Position numbers and translations under genes: made by a program
Assembly: GCA_039630345.1 (NCBI GenBank)
Contig: JBCNVD010000032.1
Coordinates: 1-23,473 of the forward strand
Length of the DNA: 23,473 bases
Reading direction: 5' to 3'
Source: Aquificaceae bacterium
Lineage (GTDB): Bacteria; Aquificota; Aquificia; Aquificales; Aquificaceae
In this document: piece by piece, positions 1 to 12,280 of the stretch
How positions within the stretch are numbered: the first letter of the stretch is position 1
Layout of the letters: each line of letters opens with the position of its first letter
The notes under the pieces: generated by a model
What the model was told of the DNA's origin: nothing
What the model saw: the letters and a program-made list of their open reading frames with translations, nothing else
Database searches by the model: none

Positions 1-24
1 TGAAGCGTCACCTTAAGGACTTTC

Positions 25-882
25 TTGGTTAACGGGGCTGTTTTTATAGATAAGCCTTCTGGAATAACCTCTATGCAGGCTTTGCAAAGGGTTAAGCGTC
101 TCTTTAGAGTAAAAGCAGGGCATACCGGCACTCTTGACCCAGTTGCTTCAGGGCTTTTGATAATCCTGCTTGGTCAGTCTACCAGGTTTTCTGAGCTACT
201 TATGAGGCTGGATAAAGTCTATCTTGTGGATGCTATCCTTGGCAAAAGGACAGATACTTTCGATAGCGAGGGAAACATTATCGAAATGCGCGAGGTTAAC
301 CTAACATGCCAGCAGGTGCAGGCTCTTTTGGAGAACTTTACAGGAGAAAGACTTCAAAAACCACCGCCATTTAGTGCAAAAAGAGTAGATGGAGAGAGGG
401 CATATAAACTAGCCAGAGCAGGACTTAAATTTGAGCTAAAAGAGTCAAAAATCTTCATAAAAAAAGCGCAGCTGATTAATTGCACCTTGCCTCTAGTGAA
501 GATACTTTTCGAGGTATCCTCTGGAACTTACATAAGAAGCCTTGTAGACGAACTTGGTCAAATCCTTGGCTGTGGGGCTTATGTAGCTGGATTAAGAAGA
601 CTTGAAATAGGCCCATTTTCGCTAAGCGATGCGGTTAAGTTAGAAGAACTTTCCCAAGAGCATATTCAAAAGCCTGACAGAGTGCTATGTTTTTTACCAG
701 AGATTAGACTCTCTAGAGACGAAGCCAGGAAAATCTCAAGCGGCTCTTTTTTACACTATAAATACAATCTCAGTTCCGGGTTTTATAGGTTATATACTCA
801 AGAGAGCTTTATAGGCATTGGTTATTTAGAAAGCGGTCAGTTAAGACCTCACAGACTACTACCTGATGTCAAGAGCCGTTAG
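25..882 (+). CDS. truB: tRNA pseudouridine(55) synthase TruB
   Basis: Motifs IDKPSG.TS, KAGHTGTLDP.ASG (catalytic Asp), PP.FSAKRVDGERAY and SSGTYIRSL. TTG start with AAGGA upstream. Confidence 0.96.
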   Translation: MVNGAVFIDKPSGITSMQALQRVKRLFRVKAGHTGTLDPVASGLLIILLGQSTRFSELLMRLDKVYLVDAILGKRTDTFDSEGNIIEMREVNLTCQQVQALLENFTGERLQKPPPFSAKRVDGERAYKLARAGLKFELKESKIFIKKAQLINCTLPLVKILFEVSSGTYIRSLVDELGQILGCGAYVAGLRRLEIGPFSLSDAVKLEELSQEHIQKPDRVLCFLPEIRLSRDEARKISSGSFLHYKYNLSSGFYRLYTQESFIGIGYLESGQLRPHRLLPDVKSR

Positions 883-1935
883 TCTTTGCTCAAGTTCATG
901 CTCTATCAGGCCAAGTATTATCTCGTCTAATTTACCTTGCATTATTTCTTGCAGTTTATAAAGTGTCAGGTTTATCCTGTGATCTGTTACCCTGTTTTGT
1001 GGAAAGTTGTAGGTTCTGATTTTTTCGCTTCTTTCTGCACTTCCTATTTGCATCCGTCTTTCTCTTGAGAGCTCTTCTTCTCTTTTTTTGTCGTAGAGGT
1101 CTTTTAATCTGGCATACAGGATTTTCATCGCCTTCTGACGGTTTTGAAACTGAGACCTCTCGTCCTGGCAAGAGACTGTAATACCTGTCGGCACATGCGT
1201 TATCCTTACTGCGCTTTCAGTAGTGTTTACATACTGCCCGCCAGCCCCTGATGCTCTAAAAGTTTCAATCTTTAAGTCTTTTGGGTCTATTTGCACCTCT
1301 GTTTCGTCTGCTTCTGGCAAAACCGCAACGGTGGCGGTTGAGGTATGAATTCTGCCACCTGATTCTGTAACGGGTATTCTCTGCACTCTGTGAACGCCTG
1401 TTTCGTGCTTTAAAAAAGAGTAAACCCCATTCCCCTCAATTAGCGTTATAACCTCCTTAAGACCCCCAAGACCGGTGCGATTTGAAGATAGCAAGGTCAT
1501 CTTCCAGTTTTTGCTCTCTGCGTATCTTTGATACATCAGCAGAAGGTCCGCCACGAAAAGAGCTGCCTCTTCGCCTCCAACACCTGCCCTTATCTCAAGG
1601 ATGACGTTTTTCTCATCCCTTGGGTCTTTTGGAATCAGCATAAGTCTTAGTTCTCTCTCTTTGAGTTTTATCTTCTCGCTCAGAGTATTGATTTCCTCTC
1701 TGGCAAGTTCTTGCAATTCCGCAGACTTTAAGAGCTCTTTTGCATCTTCTATTTGCTTTTTCATAAGGCTATACTCTCTAAAAGCCTCGTATATTGGCTC
1801 TATTTCTTTTAGTTCCTTGCTAAGTTTTAGATAGAGCTCTCTCTCCTTTGATAGGTCAAGACTTGCTAAAGTCAGGTTTATCTCTTCGTAGCGCTTTTTA
1901 ATAAGGCTAAGCCTTTCCTGGAGCTCATTTGTCAT
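859..1935 (-). CDS. prfA: Peptide chain release factor 1
   Basis: GAGGQ catalytic motif, RF1-specific PxT (RIPVTES), and EKIRTYNFPQNRVTDHRI. Confidence 0.97.
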   Translation of the reverse strand: MTNELQERLSLIKKRYEEINLTLASLDLSKERELYLKLSKELKEIEPIYEAFREYSLMKKQIEDAKELLKSAELQELAREEINTLSEKIKLKERELRLMLIPKDPRDEKNVILEIRAGVGGEEAALFVADLLLMYQRYAESKNWKMTLLSSNRTGLGGLKEVITLIEGNGVYSFLKHETGVHRVQRIPVTESGGRIHTSTATVAVLPEADETEVQIDPKDLKIETFRASGAGGQYVNTTESAVRITHVPTGITVSCQDERSQFQNRQKAMKILYARLKDLYDKKREEELSRERRMQIGSAERSEKIRTYNFPQNRVTDHRINLTLYKLQEIMQGKLDEIILGLIEHELEQRLTALDIR

Positions 1936-2115
1936 TTATTTGCCTTCTGCCATATAAGCAGGTTTTATCCTAAGTTTGCCGGTATAAAAAGGGTGGCACT
2001 TGTTGCAGGTTTCTATATACACAGTCCCCCCTTTAGTGCTCATTAAGGTAAATTGATTCCCGCATGCACATACAAAGTGAGTTGGTTTCAGCTCAGGATG
2101 GATACCACTTTTCAT
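1936..2115 (-). CDS. rpmE: 50S ribosomal protein L31, Zn-binding type (not in ORF track)
   Basis: Manual translation MKSGIHPELKPTHFVCACGNQF...ETCNKCHPFYTGK...EGK (59 aa). GGAGG SD at 2121-2125. Stop abuts the prfA start. Confidence 0.95.
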   Translation of the reverse strand: MKSGIHPELKPTHFVCACGNQFTLMSTKGGTVYIETCNKCHPFYTGKLRIKPAYMAEGK

Positions 2116-2137
2116 GCCAACCTCCAGACTTGAGATT

Positions 2138-4702
<2,565 letters not shown>

Positions 4703-4706
4703 CTAC

Positions 4707-4712
4707 ATTATA
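4707..4712 (-). promoter_or_regulatory. Candidate -10 box (TATAAT) for alaS, 7 nt before the ATG
   Basis: Minus strand reads TATAAT-GTAGGAT-ATG. No recognisable -35. Confidence 0.45.
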
Positions 4713-4726
4713 TTCTTTAGATTGGG

Positions 4727-5761
4727 ATGAAGCGCTTTTTTGGTCTTACACGCGAAGAACTCAGAAAAGATTTTGAAAAGGAACCCTACAGGGCCGACCA
4801 GCTCCTTGGCTGGGTCTACAAGCGTTTTGAAACAGACTTTGAAAAGATGTCAAACCTACCAAAAACTCTAAGGAAAGAACTCTCCTCAATCTATAGCTTC
4901 TGGAATCTGGAACTTATAGACACTCTCAAAGCCGAAGATGCAATCAAGTTTCTTTTTAAAACCAAGGATGGTCTAAAGATAGAGTCAGTCCTTATTTTTG
5001 AAAAAGACCATCTTACTCTGTGTGTCTCTTCGCAGGTTGGTTGTGCGGTCGGTTGCCGTTTTTGTTCAACTGCAAAAGATGGACTTTTAAGAAACCTTGA
5101 CCCTGACGAAATACTAGAGCAATATATGCAGGTAAGTATCCTCACAGGTCACAGAATAAGAAATGTCGTCTTTATGGGTATGGGAGAGCCACTTGCGAAT
5201 TATGAAAGCGTTAGAAAGTCCGCCCGGATTATGGTAAGTAGCTGGGGTCTTGATCTATCAAAGCGAAGAGTCAGCATATCAACAAGTGGTTTGATAGCCC
5301 AGATTAAAAAGATGGCTTCTGACCCGTTGATGCGAGAGCTCAATCTTGCAGTTTCTATAAATGCCCCAACTCAGTCCTTGAGACTTGAACTTATGCCAAT
5401 TAGCCAAACCAACACTCTGGATGAGCTTTTTAAAACCCTTTATGAGTATCCTTTATCCAAAGGCAGGAGAATCATGTTAGAGTATGTGCTTATAAAAGAC
5501 CTCAACGACTCTCTAGAACACGCCAGTCAGCTATTGCCCTATGTTCTTAAAAAACCTCACAAGTTTAAGGTCAATTTAATCCCCTATAATGAAGAGCCGG
5601 GATCATGCTTTAAAAGACCACCGCTAAAGCGAATCCTTGCCTTTCAGGAAGTTTTAAAATCTCACAAAATAGCGACTCATATCCGCTTTAGCAAAGGAAC
5701 AGAGATTTTCGGTGCCTGCGGTCAGCTAAGAAGCGCTTATAATCCTTCACTGTGCGGTTAA
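4727..5761 (+). CDS. rlmN: 23S rRNA/tRNA m2A methyltransferase RlmN (radical SAM)
   Basis: CVSSQVGCAVGCRFC (CxxxCxxC), MGMGEPL and C-terminal GACGQL. Confidence 0.96.
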   Translation: MKRFFGLTREELRKDFEKEPYRADQLLGWVYKRFETDFEKMSNLPKTLRKELSSIYSFWNLELIDTLKAEDAIKFLFKTKDGLKIESVLIFEKDHLTLCVSSQVGCAVGCRFCSTAKDGLLRNLDPDEILEQYMQVSILTGHRIRNVVFMGMGEPLANYESVRKSARIMVSSWGLDLSKRRVSISTSGLIAQIKKMASDPLMRELNLAVSINAPTQSLRLELMPISQTNTLDELFKTLYEYPLSKGRRIMLEYVLIKDLNDSLEHASQLLPYVLKKPHKFKVNLIPYNEEPGSCFKRPPLKRILAFQEVLKSHKIATHIRFSKGTEIFGACGQLRSAYNPSLCG

Positions 5762-6432
5762 GAGGTTTTTTAAAAGAGCTTGTAATAGTTGTCTCTCTTG
5801 TTCTTTTGGTAAGAACCTTTCTCTTTCAGGCTTATAACATCCCCTCTGGCTCCATGGAGCCTACCTTGCTTGTGGGTGATTTCATACTGGTTAATAAGCT
5901 CATCTACAGGCTAACAGAACCAAGAAGGGGTGACATAATAGTTTTCAAAGCCCCCACCAATCCAGAATTTGACTATATCAAGCGTATAATCGGCATGCCA
6001 GGTGACCACATATACATAAACGGTCAGGACATTTTTATCAACGGCAAAAGAGTTGAAATAAAACCTATTGGCAAAGAGGAATATAGCGGCATGACCCGCA
6101 TAATTTACAAAGAGACCCTGCCAGATGGTTTTACCCATCAAACTGCTTACATACAGGAAGCTGATTTGATGCGCCCTGGCTTTAACGCAACTGTACCTCC
6201 GGAGCACTATTTTGTAATGGGCGATAGCAGGGACAACAGTGAAGATAGCAGATTCTGGGGCTTTGTACCAAGAGAAAACATAGTAGGTAAAGCCTTTATC
6301 ATATACTTCTCAGGCAAAACCCCCTCTCTCAATGCAGGGGATGTCAATTCGCTAACCATCCTCGCAGGTCTTAAACAGCTCTTTAGCGCTATCTTAAACC
6401 CAAGACCAAGCCGTATAGGAAAGCCTATTTAG
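5752..6432 (+). CDS. lepB: Signal peptidase I
   Basis: N-terminal TM helix, IPSGSMEPTL (catalytic Ser), YIKRIIG (Lys) and GDSRDNSEDSR. GTG start overlaps the end of rlmN. Confidence 0.95.
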   Translation: MRLRGFLKELVIVVSLVLLVRTFLFQAYNIPSGSMEPTLLVGDFILVNKLIYRLTEPRRGDIIVFKAPTNPEFDYIKRIIGMPGDHIYINGQDIFINGKRVEIKPIGKEEYSGMTRIIYKETLPDGFTHQTAYIQEADLMRPGFNATVPPEHYFVMGDSRDNSEDSRFWGFVPRENIVGKAFIIYFSGKTPSLNAGDVNSLTILAGLKQLFSAILNPRPSRIGKPI

Positions 6433-8141
6433 ATGCTAATACCCGGCAATTCAGCAAGATACATATGTCTGTAGGCCTCTCTTATTGCCTGTGGTTTAAC
6501 TTTTGCAAAGTGAAGTGCGTATATGGCAAGTCCCGGCAGGGTCTTTGAGTCTACAAAACTCTCAACTACCTTGTCCTCTTCCAAAAACGCAAATTGAGAG
6601 AGAAAGTTAATTACATTCTCCATCTCTTCTGGAGTAACTATACTCTTTGCAGATTTTAAAATTCCAGACACAACATCAACTGCTATGGAGTCTGTTATTT
6701 CAATGCTTCCGGTAAGCAACCTCACAGATTTGAGTCTCTCCAGAGCTTCTTCTAAATCAGAAGTTATTGGATTTCCGTGTAGCGGATATATTCCTTTGGG
6801 TTTTATCCTCTCTATTTTATTTATCGCTGCTTTGAGAGCTTCATAAGATGGCATAGAAAGCCCTGTGTATAGCTCTAAATGTTCAAATTTTGTGCTGGCT
6901 GTGGGGTTTAGCTCGCTTGCGAGCGTTAAAGAGCTCATAAATCTCCCTGTAAAAACTAAACCGCTGGATGTATCATGCATGTAAAAAGACCCTGGAGATG
7001 GAGCAAAGTCTATTCTCTGAAATTCCAGAGAATGCCCTGTTGCTAGTTTTAATCTACCCGAGGGGAAGCTCTCTATAGGTCTTATCCTGCCCATGGGAAT
7101 GCCAAGAGACCATAGCTTGGTGGCAAGGGTCAAAGAAGTTATCACAAACATCTTGTTGTTAGCCTGTAAAAGCTTTAATATGCCCCCGTATTCTTCCGGT
7201 TCTATGCCAAACACTACCAGAGCTCTGAGATTGGAAATATCGCCTACTATCTTCTCTATTTTTGGTTTTATGTGCATATACCCTGCTAGAGAAGGTGGAT
7301 TAATCATAATTGGCACTTTTGTCTCGTCTTTGTGAAAGATACAAAGGTACGAGTTTTTCTGATATATAGATGTTTCGTCTGCTAGTCCAATCCAGTATGC
7401 ACCCTCAGACAACAATATGGGTTCATCCAAGTTAATCGTAACAGCAGGCGTTTCCGCCATCTCTTCAGCTTGAACTGCTACTTTTTCAGGTTTTTCCTCC
7501 GAAGGTAGCTTTTCTAATACACTTAGGAAGAAGTCCCAGTTTGTCTTAAACTCGTGTCCTAAGTTTTTAGGAGAATTCTCATCCGCCTGCTGCATATAAA
7601 CCTCTTCCTGAGTGCTGAAGACTCTTTTTATGTTATCTGGAGAGGAGTCGCTTGCAAGGATTTTTCCACCCGATACATAAACCGTGCAAACCCCCTCTTT
7701 GCCAACTGTTTTGATATAAGCGCTAGTGCCTTTTTTCAAAAACCTTATTATTAAATTGAGTACGCCTATTTCTGCAAGTTCCTTTGGGTTTATATAGTTT
7801 CTGGTAAGACTATGGACCTTAGCAAGAAGTTCCATTGGATTAAACGGCAATACCTCAAAGTTGTCATGACCAAGACCAAGGTTTAATAGCGTCTCCCCAT
7901 CTTCGTAAGTTTCAACTAGAAAAATAGGTAGCACGAATATATCAGCTTTAATAAGTTCTAACCAAAAGTTAAAATCTTCTATTGGTAAAATTAGAATCTC
8001 AGGGTCTCCTCTTTTTGAGAGGTCAATACCCATCTTTTCGTCAAATGCTGCCAAAAGATTATGACCTGTTACAACAAAAATATCTGAAAGGAGTGAAGTC
8101 ATCGTCTTTCTTTTGTCAAGCAAAAGACAGTTGGCACTCAT
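6429..8141 (-). CDS. Multidomain protein: pseudo-receiver + DUF4388/PATAN-like + degenerate metallo-beta-lactamase (ODP/FprA-like) fold
   Basis: REC-like N-terminus (CLLLD...PEILILP...LPFNPMELLAKV), DUF4388-like segment (VYVSGGKIL), and an MBL/ODP-like C-terminal half (EGAYWIG...NSYL...INP...IYPLHG). Domain calls are by eye. Confidence 0.6.
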   Translation of the reverse strand: MSANCLLLDKRKTMTSLLSDIFVVTGHNLLAAFDEKMGIDLSKRGDPEILILPIEDFNFWLELIKADIFVLPIFLVETYEDGETLLNLGLGHDNFEVLPFNPMELLAKVHSLTRNYINPKELAEIGVLNLIIRFLKKGTSAYIKTVGKEGVCTVYVSGGKILASDSSPDNIKRVFSTQEEVYMQQADENSPKNLGHEFKTNWDFFLSVLEKLPSEEKPEKVAVQAEEMAETPAVTINLDEPILLSEGAYWIGLADETSIYQKNSYLCIFHKDETKVPIMINPPSLAGYMHIKPKIEKIVGDISNLRALVVFGIEPEEYGGILKLLQANNKMFVITSLTLATKLWSLGIPMGRIRPIESFPSGRLKLATGHSLEFQRIDFAPSPGSFYMHDTSSGLVFTGRFMSSLTLASELNPTASTKFEHLELYTGLSMPSYEALKAAINKIERIKPKGIYPLHGNPITSDLEEALERLKSVRLLTGSIEITDSIAVDVVSGILKSAKSIVTPEEMENVINFLSQFAFLEEDKVVESFVDSKTLPGLAIYALHFAKVKPQAIREAYRHMYLAELPGISI

Positions 8142-8143
8142 TT

Positions 8144-8416
8144 TTAGATTTCCTCCTTTTTAAATGCAACTTCCATAAGTGAAAGTTGCTCTTTGAGCGT
8201 ATTCATTGCTATAACAAGCATAAAAAAAGCATGCTCTACTCTGAGCAAAGCGGATTGTGTTGAGAGGTCATCCGCCCCTATTCTCAATTCTCGAAATAGC
8301 CTGTAATATTCATCAAAAAAAGTCCCACAATCTAGAAGCTTTAAAGCAAACTCTTTATATAGCTCAGACGCTCTTTCCCTGACATCCATCCTCCGCTCCT
8401 TTAGATATTTTACCAT
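8144..8416 (-). CDS. Hypothetical small helical protein (start may be ATG at 8389, giving 81 aa)
   Basis: ORF fills the gap between tlyA and the 570-aa gene with 2-3 nt spacing. AGGAG lies 6 nt before the ATG at 8389. Confidence 0.75.
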   Translation of the reverse strand: MVKYLKERRMDVRERASELYKEFALKLLDCGTFFDEYYRLFRELRIGADDLSTQSALLRVEHAFFMLVIAMNTLKEQLSLMEVAFKKEEI

Positions 8417-8419
8417 ATT

Positions 8420-9181
8420 TTAAAAAAGTTTGCTCAGTATTTTGTCAAGACCTAAAATCTGGTTACCTCTTCTGCAGCGCAGAAAAAACTCCTCATTACC
8501 CTTTGCACCGGCAGGGCTGGCTTTGATTGCATCAAGAACCTCATATCCAAGTGTTATAACAAATTCAGCGACCTTTAAAACGGCCATCTTTCTGGCTTCT
8601 ACAGATTTGACTATACCTTTTTTAATATGTTTCGGTGATAGCTCAAATTGTGGTTTTACCAGCAATAACATTTCCGCATCTTCTTTTAAAAGTTTCACCA
8701 AATTTTCCAATATTTTCGTGATTGATATAAAAGAAACATCAACTGTCATTAAATCAAAAAGCTCTTCAAACATCTCGGGCTTTAGGCTTCTTGCGTCTGT
8801 TTTTTCAAGCAACACAACCCTGCTGTCGTTTCTTAACTTATAATCAAGCTGTCCTCTCCCTACGTCAACCGCGACAACTTTCCTCGCACCGCTTTTTAAA
8901 AGACAATCCGTAAATCCCCCTGTTGAAGCGCCAATGTCAAGTGCAATCAGGTCTTTTACATCTATTTTAAACTCCTTTAGCGCGCCTTCAAGCTTTAATC
9001 CTCCCCTTGATACATATTTAAGAGGCTCGATTATTTTTATTTCCTGACCTTGTTTTACTCTCTGCCCGGGCTTTTGAGCCGTTTCTCCGTCAACTAACAC
9101 CATCCTGGCCATTACCAGAGCCTGTGCTTTCTGCCTGCTCTCTGCAAGACCCATCTCCACTAGGATCTGGTCAAGTCTCAA
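8420..9181 (-). CDS. tlyA: TlyA-family rRNA 2'-O-methyltransferase (S4 + FtsJ domains)
   Basis: N-terminal S4 domain (MRLD...SRQKAQ), YVSRGG, DIGASTGGFTD, DVSFIS, LVKPQFE and GNEEF. Confidence 0.94.
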   Translation of the reverse strand: MRLDQILVEMGLAESRQKAQALVMARMVLVDGETAQKPGQRVKQGQEIKIIEPLKYVSRGGLKLEGALKEFKIDVKDLIALDIGASTGGFTDCLLKSGARKVVAVDVGRGQLDYKLRNDSRVVLLEKTDARSLKPEMFEELFDLMTVDVSFISITKILENLVKLLKEDAEMLLLVKPQFELSPKHIKKGIVKSVEARKMAVLKVAEFVITLGYEVLDAIKASPAGAKGNEEFFLRCRRGNQILGLDKILSKLF

Positions 9182-9408
9182 GGTCTTAGGGTAAATTTTA
9201 AAAGACCAAGCAAAAATATAAAAATAGCAGGTGATATATCAACCCCGCCTATCGGCGGGACTACTTTCCTTATTCCCTCGAAAAAAGGCTCATATAACTT
9301 CGACAGTATTCTGTAATAGCTTTTGTTTCTGAAATCTTCAAACCAAGAACCAATAGAATAAACTACAGCCCCTATTATTAGAATGTTTATTATAACATTT
9401 AAAACCAT
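9178..9408 (-). CDS. yggT: YggT-family membrane protein
   Basis: Two hydrophobic segments and the signature EP...IRKVVPPIGGVDISP. Confidence 0.88.
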   Translation of the reverse strand: MVLNVIINILIIGAVVYSIGSWFEDFRNKSYYRILSKLYEPFFEGIRKVVPPIGGVDISPAIFIFLLGLLKFTLRP

Positions 9409-9765
9409 TCACTCTATTAATTCAATGATGGCCAGTTCACATCCATCCCCTGGTCTTTTTGTGGCTAACTTGATTATTCTTGTGTAGCCACCGTTTCTTG
9501 ATTCAAACCTTGGCCCTATTTCATCAAATAGTTTTTTAATTACCTTCCTGTCAGGCAATATCTTAAGAGCCAATCTTCTTGATGATAAATCTCCCTTTTT
9601 CGAGAGGGATATTAACCTCTCTATAAAGGGTCTTACTGCTTTTGCTCTTTGAGTTGATGTCTCTATGCGTTCGTATAAAATAACTGCTCTTGCGAGGGAC
9701 CTATAGAGTGCAAGTCTTTGCTCTTTGGTTCTATCAAAATGCTTTTTCTTTACTCTGTGTCTCAT
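9409..9765 (-). CDS. rplQ: 50S ribosomal protein L17
   Basis: MRH start, ERIETS..RAK and [11 protein letters not shown]. Follows rpoA. Confidence 0.97.
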   Translation of the reverse strand: MRHRVKKKHFDRTKEQRLALYRSLARAVILYERIETSTQRAKAVRPFIERLISLSKKGDLSSRRLALKILPDRKVIKKLFDEIGPRFESRNGGYTRIIKLATKRPGDGCELAIIELIE

Positions 9766-9768
9766 TAT

Positions 9769-10716
9769 CTACCTCCTTGATTCTACATCCATACCTAGAT
9801 GAAGACCGTGTTGTCTTAAAGCCTCGCGAATCTCGTTTATTGCTTTTCTGCCAACGCTTTTTGTTGTCTTTAAGTCATCCTCTGTGAGCTTAACCAGATC
9901 CCCTATTGTGTTTATACTCATGCGCTTAAGCGCATTTAGAGCTCTTTGAGAAATATCCAGTTCTTCGACAGGGAGAGATAGCTTTTCCATAAATTCGTCT
10001 GAAGTGATAACCTCTTCAAAGATTGGCAGTTCAAAAGATATGTTCCTGAGAGCGTTTATGTTGGCACTTAAAGTTTCCACTGCTTCTTTTATAGCCTCTT
10101 CCGGGGTTTTACTGCCATCTGTTGTTAGCTCGAGTATTAACTTGTCATAGTCGCTTCTTTTCTCTATGCGTGTTTTTTCAACTCTGAATGTGACATTTCT
10201 AACTGGCGAGAAATCGCCGTCGAGCATTATCCAGCCTGTCTCTGATATTGTTTCAAACTCTTCTACCGGAACATACCCGAATCCTCTTTGGAGTTTTATC
10301 TCTATATGAACTTCCTTCTGTGGGTCTGTTATTGTAAATAGCTTTTGAGATGGGTTTACTACCTCAACAGAGGGTGGCAGGCTTATATCGCTTGCTGTTA
10401 CTATTCCTTCTCCTTTTTTATTTATGTAAAGGAGCTCTACCTCTCCTGAAGACATTTTGAACCTTAATTGTTTTATGTTTGCTATTATCTCGAGGGCATC
10501 TTCTTTGACCCCATCTATTGGCGAAAACTCGTGGTAAATTCCATATATCTTAACAGCCACTACAGAACAACCATAAACGCTTGATAAGAGGGTTCTTCTT
10601 AGAGAATTTCCTATGGTTGTACCAAAGCCTCTTTCAAGGGGTTCAACTACCAATCTTCCATAAGTCTTGCCCCTCTCTTCCCAATAGACTTTAGAGGGAA
10701 ACAAAAACTCACGCAT
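9769..10716 (-). CDS. rpoA: RNA polymerase alpha subunit
   Basis: EPLERGFGTTIGNSLRR, HEFS, DFSPV and an alpha-CTD. Confidence 0.98.
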   Translation of the reverse strand: MREFLFPSKVYWEERGKTYGRLVVEPLERGFGTTIGNSLRRTLLSSVYGCSVVAVKIYGIYHEFSPIDGVKEDALEIIANIKQLRFKMSSGEVELLYINKKGEGIVTASDISLPPSVEVVNPSQKLFTITDPQKEVHIEIKLQRGFGYVPVEEFETISETGWIMLDGDFSPVRNVTFRVEKTRIEKRSDYDKLILELTTDGSKTPEEAIKEAVETLSANINALRNISFELPIFEEVITSDEFMEKLSLPVEELDISQRALNALKRMSINTIGDLVKLTEDDLKTTKSVGRKAINEIREALRQHGLHLGMDVESRR

Positions 10717-10728
10717 AAAAGCGCCTCC

Positions 10729-11358
10729 TTAAACTCTTGAGTAAAACTCGATAATATACTGCAGGTTTATTGGCACTTCAAGCTGGACATCTCTTGGTAT
10801 ATCAATCACGCGACCTTTGAAGTTTTCTCTATCCAGTTCTAACCAGCCTGGTATGCTTTTAGGGCTTATTCTCTCAAGGTTTGATAAAACCTGCGGTATA
10901 TCTCTTGAAGATTGCTTTAGCTCTATAATATCGCCTTTGTTTACTCTGTATGATGGAATGTCGACTGGTTTTGAATTTACAAGAAAGTGACCGTGGGATA
11001 CCAACTGTCTTGCCTGTCTTCTCGTGCTTGCAAAACCAAGTCTGTAAACTACATTATCCAGCCTTCTTTCCAGAAGCTCTATAAGGACCTGACCTGTGTT
11101 GCCTTTTGAGCGGGAAGCTTCATAAAAGTATCTGCGGAATTGTCCCTCTCTTAAGCCTCCATAGAGAAATTTGAGCTTTTGCTTCTCTACTAGGCGAAGA
11201 CCAAACTCTGTGAGTTTTTTGCGTCTTCCTTTTGTTCTTCCGTGCTGTCCTGGGGGAAAACCCCTTCTACTTAATGTCTTTGGGCTTGAGGATTTCCCAA
11301 ATACAGAAGCGCCCAGCCTCCTATCTACTTTGATTGCGGGACCTAGGTATCTTCCCAT
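10729..11358 (-). CDS. rpsD: 30S ribosomal protein S4 (start corrected to MGRY at 11358)
   Basis: PPGQHG, EKQK and LERRLDNVVYRLGFA. The track's longer start overlaps rpsK, and AGGAG precedes 11358. Confidence 0.96.
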   Translation of the reverse strand: MGRYLGPAIKVDRRLGASVFGKSSSPKTLSRRGFPPGQHGRTKGRRKKLTEFGLRLVEKQKLKFLYGGLREGQFRRYFYEASRSKGNTGQVLIELLERRLDNVVYRLGFASTRRQARQLVSHGHFLVNSKPVDIPSYRVNKGDIIELKQSSRDIPQVLSNLERISPKSIPGWLELDRENFKGRVIDIPRDVQLEVPINLQYIIEFYSRV

Positions 11359-11360
11359 TT

Positions 11361-11750
11361 TTATACTCTCCTCTTTGCAGGTGGTCTGCAACCATTATGC
11401 GGAATGGGAGTAAGGTCACGAATGGCTGTTATTTTTATTCCTGCTGCATGGATTGCTCTGAGAGCTGATTCTCTTCCGGCGCCTGCACCTCTTATGCGCA
11501 CTTCTGCCTCCTGAAGACCGTATTCCTGGACTGCACGCTTTGCTGCTTTTTGTGCTGCTACCTGAGCCGCATATGGGGTGCTTTTTCTGGTACCTTTAAA
11601 ACCAGCGGTTCCTCCACTTTCCCAAACAATCACATTGCCTGCCGTGTCTGTTATTGATATTATCGTGTTGTTAAATGTGCTAAGGATGTGAACTATGCCT
11701 TGCGGTACATTGCGTTTTTGTTTCTTTGGTTGTTGTTTTCTCCTTGCCAT
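11361..11750 (-). CDS. rpsK: 30S ribosomal protein S11
   Basis: [14 protein letters not shown] and [11 protein letters not shown]. Confidence 0.98.
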   Translation of the reverse strand: MARRKQQPKKQKRNVPQGIVHILSTFNNTIISITDTAGNVIVWESGGTAGFKGTRKSTPYAAQVAAQKAAKRAVQEYGLQEAEVRIRGAGAGRESALRAIHAAGIKITAIRDLTPIPHNGCRPPAKRRV

Positions 11751-11760
11751 TAATTCCTCC

Positions 11761-12141
11761 TTATTTGACTATTTTCTTCTTGGTTCCCCCGACGGTTTTG
11801 CGTTTACCTTTGCGCGTTCTTGAGTTTGTTTTTGTCTGCTGACCTCTTACTGGTAAGCCCTTTATATGTCTTATACCTCTATAGCATCCCATGTCTATTA
11901 GTTTTTTGATGTTCATATTGACTTCTCTTCTTAGGTCGCTTTCGACTATGTAATTGGTTTCTATGAACTTCCTGACCAGATTTAGCTCTTCCGGTGATAG
12001 CTCGCCTAGCTTTTTGGTTGGGGCGATTCCTGTCTTTTGGCAAATCTCAAGTGCGCGAGCGCGTCCTATGCCGTATAGGTATGTAAGAACTATCTCGAGC
12101 TTTTTATTATCCGGTAGGTCAACACCTGCTATTCTTGCCAT
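11761..12141 (-). CDS. rpsM: 30S ribosomal protein S13
   Basis: [10 protein letters not shown] and CYRGIRH..GLPVRGQ.TKTN. Confidence 0.98.
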   Translation of the reverse strand: MARIAGVDLPDNKKLEIVLTYLYGIGRARALEICQKTGIAPTKKLGELSPEELNLVRKFIETNYIVESDLRREVNMNIKKLIDMGCYRGIRHIKGLPVRGQQTKTNSRTRKGKRKTVGGTKKKIVK

Positions 12142-12142
12142 T

Positions 12143-12259
12143 TTAGTTGCCTTGCCTCTGTTTGTGCTTTGGATTTTCGCAAACGACCATAACCCTGCCT
12201 TTGCGTCTTATTACCTTGCACTTTGCGCATATAGGCTTAACTGACGGCTTTACCTTCAT
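12143..12259 (-). CDS. rpmJ: 50S ribosomal protein L36 (not in ORF track)
   Basis: Manual translation [45 protein letters not shown] upstream. Canonical position between infA and rpsM. Confidence 0.97.
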   Translation of the reverse strand: MKVKPSVKPICAKCKVIRRKGRVMVVCENPKHKQRQGN

Positions 12260-12280
12260 CCAAACCTCCAGGAAATAAAA

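Noticed and set aside
11359..11391. 11-aa N-terminal extension of S4 in the ORF track
   Set aside because: It overlaps the end of rpsK. S4 homology and the SD support the ATG at 11358.
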